Of a stretch of DNA of 64,000 nt, positions 7,734 through 14,650 are shown piece after piece (within the stretch, counting starts at the first letter, position 1; each line of letters begins with the position of its first letter). The notes under the pieces were generated by a model. It searched no databases. It saw only the letters and a program-made list of their open reading frames with translations, and was not told the origin of the DNA. This DNA comes from Phycisphaerales bacterium. GTDB taxonomy: Bacteria > Planctomycetota > Phycisphaerae > Phycisphaerales > UBA1924. The DNA is taken from assembly GCA_036823255.1 (NCBI GenBank), contig DAISGC010000001.1, forward strand, positions 18,836 to 82,835, given 5' to 3'. Position numbers and translations under genes: made by a program.

Positions 7734-9341
7734 CTAGCGCCGCCCCGCCTGCACCGCCTGCCCGATCTGGCGGACGAGCACGGAGAGGGTCCTGGCCTCG
7801 GGCGCGCCGGGCGCGTCCACGGGTTCGTCGATCTCGAGCTGCTTGGCAAAGCGCTGGAACGCCGTGATCACCGTCGAGTGATTGGGCCGACCGATCGCGC
7901 GGGCGATCTCGGGATACGACAGCGTCGTCATCTGCCGGGAGAGATGGGTGATGATCGCCCGCGCCAGCACCACCCGGGGGTGGCGCGTCTTGCCCGAGAG
8001 CTCGTTGGTCTCGATGCCCATGGCCGCCGACGTGTGCGCGATGATCGCCTCGATCCGCACGGGGCGGCTTGGCCTCTGCGTCGCGGCGGGGTCGGTGACG
8101 GTCGATCCCCCCGGTCCGCCCAGGGCTCGCTCCACGACCAGTGCGCCGACGCTTGCCGAGTCGCCCTCCCCGCCGACGCGATACTCCGGCACCAGCCGAT
8201 GCAGCGCGTCGATCCGCGTGATCAGCCCCTCGATGTCCCGGACCGAGGTCGGATCCTGCCCGGGGAGCTGCCCGGTGCGCTCCACCAGCAGTCTGATCCC
8301 CGGCTCGTCCACGCTCAGCCCGCGGAGCTTCGCGAACATCCGCACGCACTTCTCGCGAAGCTCCGGATCCGGCGCACCGATCTCGGCGACCATCCCGGAC
8401 ATGAACCGCGACACCAGCGCCGCCGAGAACTGCTTGATCTGCCTCGGGTGCTCGTCACTGGCCAGCACGATGCGGGCTCCGGCCCGCTGCAACTCGTCGA
8501 GCGTGTGCAGCAACTCGCCCTGCGTGCTCTGCTTGTTGGTCAGGAAGTGCACGTCGTCGATGCACAGCAGGTCCACGCGCCGGCAGGCCCTGCGGAACTT
8601 CTCCACGTCCCCGGCGCGCACCGCCGAGACGTACTCGTTCACGAACGCTTCCCCACCCGTCACCCGCACCGACGAGCCGGGGTGCCGCTCCTTGAACCGC
8701 TGCGCGATCCCGCACAGCAAGTGCGACTCCCCCACCCCGCACGGGCCGGGGAGGATCAGCGGGCTGTAGCCGGCGCTCGCCGGCCCGGCGGCGGCCATCG
8801 TCAGCGCGGCGTTGTACGCCAGCCGGTTGCTCTCGCCGACGATGAACGTCTCCAGTCGATACCGCTCGCCCGCCGTGCTCGATGGCGTTGCCTTGGATCG
8901 GGCCCCGGCAACCGCGCCGGGCTTCAAGTCCACCGCCGATCCCGGCAGAATCCGCTGCTCGACCGCCGCCTCGGCTCGCGGTCCGAACAGGTCCGGCGCG
9001 ACCACAAACCGCACCGCGCGACGCCCGATCTCTTCGGCTGCCAGCTCCCCGATCAGCCCCCCGAAACGCCGCTCCAACAGCCCGCACAGCACCTTGTTGG
9101 GCGCGGCGACCTCGAGTGTCCCGTCATCGACCCGCAGGATCGCCTTGTTCTCAAATGAAGCCGAGTAGCGCTCCTGACCGATCGCGGCCCGCAAACGTGC
9201 CGCGATCCGCGAGGCCGACTCTCCGGCGAGCCCGGCGGACTTGCCCGCTCGGTGCATGGGCTGGGCCAGCACCCGCCGACCGACGCCGTCGGCGAGCCCC
9301 GCTCTCGAGAGAGCATCCTCGCCCGGCTTGGCGCCGGACAT
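7734..9341 (-). CDS. dnaA: Chromosomal replication initiator DnaA (atypical Walker A: GPCGVGES)
   Basis: AAA+ motifs present: Walker B DLLCIDDVHFL, sensor I IVLASDEHP, box VII LVSRFMSGMVAEIGAPD, and SVRDIEGLITRI. Domain IV is present (HPRVVLARAIITHLSRQMTTLSYPEIARAIGRPNHSTVITAFQRF). The track ORF begins at a GTG at 9458, but codons 9458-9342 have visibly lower third-position GC, so I prefer the ATG at 9341. The ATG at 9257 is another option. Confidence 0.85.
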   Translation of the reverse strand: MSGAKPGEDALSRAGLADGVGRRVLAQPMHRAGKSAGLAGESASRIAARLRAAIGQERYSASFENKAILRVDDGTLEVAAPNKVLCGLLERRFGGLIGELAAEEIGRRAVRFVVAPDLFGPRAEAAVEQRILPGSAVDLKPGAVAGARSKATPSSTAGERYRLETFIVGESNRLAYNAALTMAAAGPASAGYSPLILPGPCGVGESHLLCGIAQRFKERHPGSSVRVTGGEAFVNEYVSAVRAGDVEKFRRACRRVDLLCIDDVHFLTNKQSTQGELLHTLDELQRAGARIVLASDEHPRQIKQFSAALVSRFMSGMVAEIGAPDPELREKCVRMFAKLRGLSVDEPGIRLLVERTGQLPGQDPTSVRDIEGLITRIDALHRLVPEYRVGGEGDSASVGALVVERALGGPGGSTVTDPAATQRPSRPVRIEAIIAHTSAAMGIETNELSGKTRHPRVVLARAIITHLSRQMTTLSYPEIARAIGRPNHSTVITAFQRFAKQLEIDEPVDAPGAPEARTLSVLVRQIGQAVQAGRR

Positions 9342-9932
9342 GGGCTGATTCAAGGGACTCAGACTCTCGGTGAGAGCCGACGTGCCCCGGTCATCCGCTT
9401 GATCGTGTCCAAGGCGATTGTGGGCATAGGACAACTCCGAAGCGTGACGTGTCTCCACAGGTCACACCTTTCGCTCGCGAAGATCGATTTGTCTATCCCC
9501 AAGCCGGTGGGGCTGGTTGGGACGAATCGAAGGGTGAAGGACGCTGCCATCGTCCGTGGTCCCACACCAATCGGTGACCACGAACGATTGCCCGAATCCG
9601 TTCAACTCGGTTGTGTCCTGCGATCTCCCGCGAACATGTGGCGAATCGCTGCGATTCGGCCTCAATCATCCGCTGGACAACCCACAACACAGACCGTCGG
9701 TCGCTCCCTGACCTGGATCAGAAATGTATCGCAATCTGACGCTCTGCTCAACACAGTCTTTGCGCTCAACGCGTTTGAGAGCACTCGCATGTGCGGCAAA
9801 AACAGGCAGTTGAGCGTGCCAAAAAAAACTTTCCCACCACGACCAACCCGATGCGCATGGCTTGTGGAGAACTTGGGCGGGCTCTCGCTCCCTGCGGCAT
9901 TCATCCGCCCGCCTTGTGGAAACGCCGAGGGT
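9342..9932. promoter_or_regulatory. dnaA upstream spacer with DnaA-box-like 9-mers; candidate dnaA promoter/oriC region
   Basis: This is a lower-GC, non-coding-looking stretch. T(C/T)TCCACA cores occur at 9452-9459 (+), 9862-9870 (TTGTGGAGA, 8/9 to TTATCCACA on the minus strand) and 9914-9922 (TTGTGGAAA, 7/9). TGTGGCGAA lies at 9637-9645. The palindrome CGAATCGC-T-GCGATTCG lies at 9642-9658. The inverted repeat CGCTCAAC/GTTGAGCG lies at 9763-9770/9809-9816. An A8 tract lies at 9821-9828. Confidence 0.3.
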
Positions 9933-11078
9933 TCACGAGGTTCCAAGACGTCGAACCATCGGCACGCGAGTCGCGAAGCGCTCGAACCCGGCCTTGCGAT
10001 ACAGTCGCATCGCCGCGGCGTTGCGCGTGTCGACCGCACAGGTCAGCCCGCCGCTCCCGCTCACGCTTGGATGCCCCGGTTCAGGTGGGAGTGCACCGAC
10101 GGCGGGTTCAACGGCCATTGCGTGCACGCGTCGGACGCCGAAGTCCAGAAGCGCTGACCCCAGACCCTGTCCGCGGATCTCTGGACCGAGCCCGAGGTAG
10201 ACGAGTTCGACGGACTGATGCTCTGGACAGACGGCAAACAGCATGCATCCCACCGGACGATCATGGAGCGTGACCAGCCACCACAGCGCCGGGTCGTGGA
10301 TTCCCACTGCCCGATGGGATTCCAGAACGTCCCCGATCTGGCGCAGTCCGCACAACTCGGGGCAGTCGCGAGTCTCGATGTAGGACTGTTCCAGTGCGGT
10401 GGAGAGCCAAGAGTCGATCTCCGCGGGTGTGTGCCCCTGGTTGGAGAGCTCGCTGAGCGAGCGCACACGCACGCCGCTGGGCCATGTCGGCGTGGCGGGT
10501 GCGTCAGACATGGCCCCGGGACCGGTTCTGGGGAGTCGTCGGCGCAGATACGCCAGATCGCCGAGCTTCATGAATCCCGCATCGATAAACGCCTTCGCGG
10601 CCTCGGACTCCTTGGGTTCCAGGAGCGATTGGGCAAGCCGAGCGCCGGGTGCCGAACCGACGCCGCCAGCGACGCCCTCGCAGGCGTGGAGGATCACGGC
10701 GACGCGTTCGGCATGGTCGAGGGCGGCGGGCTTGGCGCCGAGCAGAGAGGTGCGAAGACCGCGCCGGGCTGGGCCGGAGACAAACAGCATCGCCGTGCGT
10801 CCGGTGCCCAGCACGGCCAGGCAGACGTTTCGGATGATCGGGGAACGCCCGCGGGCGGGTGTGTCCAGGACGCACCACATGCGGTCGAGGTCGATGCCGA
10901 GTTCGGGGGCCGACTCCAGGAACCGCTGAGCCGCGGCGAGCGGATCGGGGGTCTGCTCGCCCAATAGACGAGCGGCGGCGGCAAGCCGCAGATCCGCGGG
11001 CACAGGGACCACGCTGACGCCCGCCCCGGGTCGAGGATCAGGTGAGCCGAGGCCGGGCATTCCGAAGACTGTGGCCAT
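9933..11078 (-). CDS. GNAT family N-acetyltransferase with about 200-aa N-terminal domain of unknown function
   Basis: The C-terminal acetyl-CoA binding core reads VELVYLGLGPEIRGQGLGSALLDFGVRRV ... VDTRNAAAMRLYRKAGFERF. It starts with an ATG. Confidence 0.75.
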   Translation of the reverse strand: MATVFGMPGLGSPDPRPGAGVSVVPVPADLRLAAAARLLGEQTPDPLAAAQRFLESAPELGIDLDRMWCVLDTPARGRSPIIRNVCLAVLGTGRTAMLFVSGPARRGLRTSLLGAKPAALDHAERVAVILHACEGVAGGVGSAPGARLAQSLLEPKESEAAKAFIDAGFMKLGDLAYLRRRLPRTGPGAMSDAPATPTWPSGVRVRSLSELSNQGHTPAEIDSWLSTALEQSYIETRDCPELCGLRQIGDVLESHRAVGIHDPALWWLVTLHDRPVGCMLFAVCPEHQSVELVYLGLGPEIRGQGLGSALLDFGVRRVHAMAVEPAVGALPPEPGHPSVSGSGGLTCAVDTRNAAAMRLYRKAGFERFATRVPMVRRLGTS

Positions 11079-11230
11079 GGGCGCAAAGGCAGGAGACGCG
11101 AGGGGTGAGCGGGAGGGGACCGGGGACGGGATGGGGGGAAGGTGACGGGAGGGGGCGATGGGCTTTCCAGCGTGGGTTGTCGGCTGTACACTCCGGACCC
11201 GGTTCGCTGGTCCAACGATTGAGGAGCCCC

Positions 11231-11887
11231 ATGACTGATTCTACGTCGACTGCTGGTCGCACCACGTGCTTTGCACCGGCACCTGCCCTTCGGTGGGTGG
11301 CGGCAGGGCTGACCGCGCTTGGCGCGGCGGGTTCGCTGGGGATGGCTCCCGAGCCGGATCCGGTGCCGCAGCGCTGGGAGTTGCAGGTGGATGTCGGTGA
11401 GCTTCGGCTGTCGACGATCGATGTGCCGAACGTTGGGCCGCGGAAGTACTTTTCGCTCACGTACCGAGTGACGAACAACTCGGGCCAGGATCTGCTGTTT
11501 GCTCCGGCGTTTGAGCTTGCCGACGGGGAGGGCGGGGTGGTTCGTTCGGGTCGGGACGTGCCGCTGACGGTGACGCAGCAGCTTCTGGCCCAGACGCAGA
11601 ACGTGTTCATCCAGGATCAGATCTCGATCATCGGGGAGCTTCTGCAGGGCTCTGAGAACGCCCGTGACGGGCTGGTGATCTGGCCGGCGAACAATCTGAG
11701 CCCCGACGAGGTCGTGGTGTACGCGGCGGGCTTCAGCGGGGAGACGGCGACGGTCGTGGGGACCGATGGCAAGACCAAGTTCGTGCTTCGGAAGACGCTT
11801 CGGCTGGAGTACACGCCCCCCGGGGATCTGTCCGGGGTCGCGGCCCGGGGGATGTCGCTGGCCGACCGCAAGTGGATCATGCGATAG
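11231..11887 (+). CDS. Hypothetical exported protein
   Basis: A GAGGAG lies 5 nt upstream of the ATG at 11231. The N-terminus is hydrophobic (ALRWVAAGLTALGAAGSLG). Third-position GC is high. The upstream part of track ORF 11042.. overlaps the divergent GNAT gene and was trimmed. Confidence 0.6.
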   Translation: MTDSTSTAGRTTCFAPAPALRWVAAGLTALGAAGSLGMAPEPDPVPQRWELQVDVGELRLSTIDVPNVGPRKYFSLTYRVTNNSGQDLLFAPAFELADGEGGVVRSGRDVPLTVTQQLLAQTQNVFIQDQISIIGELLQGSENARDGLVIWPANNLSPDEVVVYAAGFSGETATVVGTDGKTKFVLRKTLRLEYTPPGDLSGVAARGMSLADRKWIMR

Positions 11888-11959
11888 GTCAGGCCTAGAG
11901 TCTTGGCCCTGCCGGGCGACCCGGTGGGCTTATTGAGAGCAGTTTCGGAGATTTTCGCC

Positions 11960-12238
11960 ATGGCGCACAAGAAGGGTCAGGGCTCGACCAAGAACGGCCG
12001 CGACTCGAATCCGCAGTATCTGGGTGTGAAGCTCTACGGCGGCGAGCAGGCCAAGGCCGGCTCGGTGATCGTCCGTCAGCGCGGCACGCCTCTGCGTCCG
12101 GGCTTCATGGTGGACATCGGCCGGGACGACACGCTGTTTGCCCTGTGCGAGGGCACGGTGGTGTTCCAGGGGTCGAAGGTGAGCATCAACCCGAGCGACC
12201 CGAAGACGCCGCGGCCGACGTGGCTGGTTGCGAACTGA
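11960..12238 (+). CDS. rpmA: 50S ribosomal protein L27
   Basis: The sequence [48 protein letters not shown] is the canonical L27 N-terminus. I trimmed to the ATG at 11960. There is no rplU immediately upstream. Confidence 0.95.
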   Translation: MAHKKGQGSTKNGRDSNPQYLGVKLYGGEQAKAGSVIVRQRGTPLRPGFMVDIGRDDTLFALCEGTVVFQGSKVSINPSDPKTPRPTWLVAN

Positions 12239-12267
12239 GCGCGGCCGATCACGTGGATCAGATGATG

Positions 12268-12296
12268 AACGCGGTCCCCTGTGGGCCGCGTTTTTT
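12268..12296 (+). terminator. Rho-independent terminator downstream of rpmA
   Basis: AACGCGG-t-CCC ctgt GGG CCGCGTT followed by a T-run (ttttttc). The stem is about 10 bp with one bulge and is followed by T6. Confidence 0.65.
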
Positions 12297-12341
12297 CATG
12301 GGCTCGCGCAGCAAGAGTCGCTGGGGGGGATGGGGGGGTCG

Positions 12342-13031
12342 TCATCGAGCGTCATTGAGCATGCCGCGGACCTCGGGGCTGAGGGTCTGCACAAGCAAGG
12401 CAACGCGGCTGAGGAGCGCGTCGATCTCGGCCGGCTTGGTGCCCTTCTTCCAGCAGCAGGCGATGAACCCTCTGCCGATGCTCCACCACTCTTCGGGCGG
12501 GGCCTCCTGCAAGGCGGCCTGGACTTCGGGGGTGAGGATGACGAGGGCGGTGGAATCGTCGTGCTCGCACTTCAGCCGCCACTTGGCGTTGAAGGCGGGG
12601 TTCTCGAGGTTGGTGTCCTTGGTCAGGCCCCAACTGTCGCCCAGGCGCTGGAAGAAGTTCTCTGGGGTGAGCGTGAAGCGGTGCCAGTCCTTGGGGCAGA
12701 CGGTGGCGGCGATGGTGTGGTAGTGGATCTGGGTGCTCTTGCCGGTGCCGGTGGTGAAGCGGTGTTCGAGAAGGATGGTGGGCAGGCCGCGATCGGGGGT
12801 GGCGGTGGCGTTCCAGATGAGCCCGGTGACGCCGTTGCGGAGCATGGGGAGTGTGGCGAGCAGCTCGGCGACACCGGGGAGCGGGATCTTCTCGCCGAAG
12901 GTGAAGCCGCGGGTTTGGAGTGCGGCGGCGATGGCGGCCTTGCGGGCCTTCTCGGCTTTGTGGGCGAAGGCGCCGATGATGAACACCCCGACGATGATCG
13001 CGCCGATGACGATGAACGGGAGATACTGCAT
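12342..13031 (-). CDS. Hypothetical single-pass membrane protein
   Basis: I trimmed to the ATG at 13031 (MQYLPFIVIGAIIVGVFIIGAFAHK...). The 50 codons upstream in the track ORF are a read-through of the 42-bp repeat array and are not plausibly coding. Confidence 0.6.
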   Translation of the reverse strand: MQYLPFIVIGAIIVGVFIIGAFAHKAEKARKAAIAAALQTRGFTFGEKIPLPGVAELLATLPMLRNGVTGLIWNATATPDRGLPTILLEHRFTTGTGKSTQIHYHTIAATVCPKDWHRFTLTPENFFQRLGDSWGLTKDTNLENPAFNAKWRLKCEHDDSTALVILTPEVQAALQEAPPEEWWSIGRGFIACCWKKGTKPAEIDALLSRVALLVQTLSPEVRGMLNDAR

Positions 13032-13088
13032 CGAGTGAGATATCGGCGAAGGGTGTCGGGGTGTTCGAGAGAATGGGGCAGGGGGTTC

Positions 13089-13206
13089 GAAGCACACAGG
13101 CGGGACGCCTGTGCCACCAAAGGCAGGTTGAAGGCACGCAGGCGGGAGACCTGTGCCACCAGAGGCATGTTGAAGGCACACAGGCGGGAGGCCTGTGCCA
13201 CCAGAG
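13089..13206. repeat. Tandem array of 3 copies, 41-42 bp unit with internal hairpin (degenerate copies)
   Basis: The unit is approximately GAAGGCACACAGGCGGGA(C/G)GCCTGTGCCACCAGAGGCATGTT. Copies start at 13089, 13130 and 13172. The array abuts the kdsA stop codon (13207-13209). Confidence 0.85.
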
Positions 13207-14073
13207 TCAGTGTGAGGTCAGCGCGGCGCGGATGGCTGCGACGTCGCGGAGCACGGCGGGCATGTCGTCGAGTTGGATCATGGTCGCGGCGTCGGAGAGC
13301 GCGGACTTTGGGTCTGGGTGGCACTCGATGAAGAGCGCGTGCACGCCGGCGGCGGTGGCGGCGCGGGCGAGCATGGGGGCGAGGTCGGCGCGGCCGCCGG
13401 TGACTTTGCCGCCTTCGCCCTTGCCGGGCTGCTGGGTGGAGTGGGTGCAGTCGAAGCAGACCGGGACGCGTCCGCCGGGGTGGTCATGTTCCATGAGTTC
13501 GGCGACCCCGAGGAAATCGTTGACGAGGCGCCCGTAGCCGAAGAACGTGCCGCGTTCGGTGAGCATGACGTTGGTGCAGCCGGCCTGAGCGAGCTTCTTG
13601 ACCGGACCGCGCATCTCGTCGGGAGAGATGAACTGGCCTTTCTTGACGTTAACGGCGCGGTTGTGGGCGGCGGCGGCGCGGCCGGCGGCGACGAGCAGGT
13701 CGGTCTGGCGGCAGAGGAATGCGGGGATCTGGAGGAGATCGACGTGCCTGGCGGCGGGCTCGGCCTGCGCGGGCTCGTGGATGTCGGTGGTGACGGGGAC
13801 GTTCAGATCGCGGCCGATGCGGGCGATCCATTCGAGGCCTTGAGTGAGGCCCGGGCCGCGGGGAGAGTCGATGGAGGAGCGGTTGGCCTTGTCGAAGGAG
13901 GCCTTGAAGATGTATGAGAGACCGAGGGGTCTGCAGAGGTCCTTGAGGCGCGAGCCGATGGCGACGCCGAGCTCATAGGACTCCAGGACGCAGGGGCCGG
14001 CGATGATGCACAGAGGCTGGGATGGGCCGATGCGAAGATTGGCGGCGGAGCAGAGGCGGGATTGGGCGGGCAT
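13207..14073 (-). CDS. kdsA: 3-deoxy-8-phosphooctulonate (KDO8P) synthase
   Basis: Motifs present: PLCIIAGPCVLES, YIFKASFDKANRSS, NVKKGQF, MLTERGTFFGY and FDCTHSTQQPG. I trimmed to the ATG at 14073 (MPAQSRL...), because the upstream 39 codons of the track ORF are the repeat array. Confidence 0.9.
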   Translation of the reverse strand: MPAQSRLCSAANLRIGPSQPLCIIAGPCVLESYELGVAIGSRLKDLCRPLGLSYIFKASFDKANRSSIDSPRGPGLTQGLEWIARIGRDLNVPVTTDIHEPAQAEPAARHVDLLQIPAFLCRQTDLLVAAGRAAAAHNRAVNVKKGQFISPDEMRGPVKKLAQAGCTNVMLTERGTFFGYGRLVNDFLGVAELMEHDHPGGRVPVCFDCTHSTQQPGKGEGGKVTGGRADLAPMLARAATAAGVHALFIECHPDPKSALSDAATMIQLDDMPAVLRDVAAIRAALTSH

Positions 14074-14096
14074 GATGGCGGAGGGTAGGTGAATGT

Positions 14097-14217
14097 GAAG
14101 GCCCACAGGCGGGACGCCTGTGCCACCAGAGGTGTGTTGAAGGCCCACAGGCGGGACGCCTGTGCCACCAGAGGTGTGTTGAAGGCCCACAGGCGGGACG
14201 CCTGTGCCACCAGAGGG
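14097..14217. repeat. Tandem array of 3 near-perfect copies of a 42-bp unit with 8-bp stem / 3-nt loop hairpin
   Basis: The unit is GAAGGCCCACAGGCGGGACGCCTGTGCCACCAGAGGTGTGTT, starting at 14097, 14139 and 14181 (the last copy is truncated). The internal hairpin is CACAGGCG-GGA-CGCCTGTG. It has the same orientation as the 13089-13206 array. Confidence 0.9.
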
Positions 14218-14237
14218 CAGAGGGACCGAAGGTGGGC

Positions 14238-14414
14238 TCAGGACGCGCGGGTCTGGGCGACGTTGCTGAGCCAGCTCTCTGCGGAGTCGATCCAGCCGAC
14301 GATGGTTCGGCGCTGCACGATGACGAGCAGGACGACGAGAAGGGTGACGAGCACCCGATAGGTGTTGACCTTCTTCTCGAGGATGTCGATGCGTTCGTTG
14401 GGGTCCTTGGGCAT
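14238..14414 (-). CDS. Small (58 aa) single-TM protein, below the ORF-track length cutoff
   Basis: My translation is MPKDPNERIDILEKKVNTYRVLVTLLVVLLVIVQRRTIVGWIDSAESWLSNVAQTRAS*. A GGAGGA lies 6 nt upstream of the ATG at 14414. Third-position GC is high, and there is one clear hydrophobic helix. Confidence 0.5.
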   Translation of the reverse strand: MPKDPNERIDILEKKVNTYRVLVTLLVVLLVIVQRRTIVGWIDSAESWLSNVAQTRAS

Positions 14415-14650
14415 GGGTTTGTCCTCCGCGTCAGCCGACCGGGCGGACGAGAGCCGCGGGCGGTCGATCGGATTGAGCGGGAGAAATCGGCGCGCAGCGG
14501 CGTGGATCGTGAAATCACGAAGAGTTCGATCAAACGCGCGGCGTGAAGGTCTGGATAACCGGCGAATGCTGCGCGAGCCGGCGCGAAAAGTGCGCCGGCG
14601 ATCGGGAGCTCCGGGCGCGGGCTCACGGGCGGGGGTTCACGGCCGGGGGG

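Noticed and set aside
9252-10157. 301-aa + strand ORF spanning the dnaA 5' end, the spacer and the GNAT 3' end.
   Set aside because: It crosses two well-supported minus-strand genes and the lower-GC spacer. It has poor third-position GC within the spacer and no motifs.
13081-13095. GGGGGTTCGAAGC resembling a tRNA T-arm.
   Set aside because: There is no acceptor stem or anticodon arm around it. It is the junction into the first copy of the 42-bp repeat.
13089-14217. Possible CRISPR array (regularly spaced repeats with a palindromic core).
   Set aside because: The units are directly contiguous with a 41-42 bp period and no unique spacers. Each array has only three copies, the two arrays are separated by a normal kdsA gene, and no cas genes are present. 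I treat them as REP-like tandem repeats.
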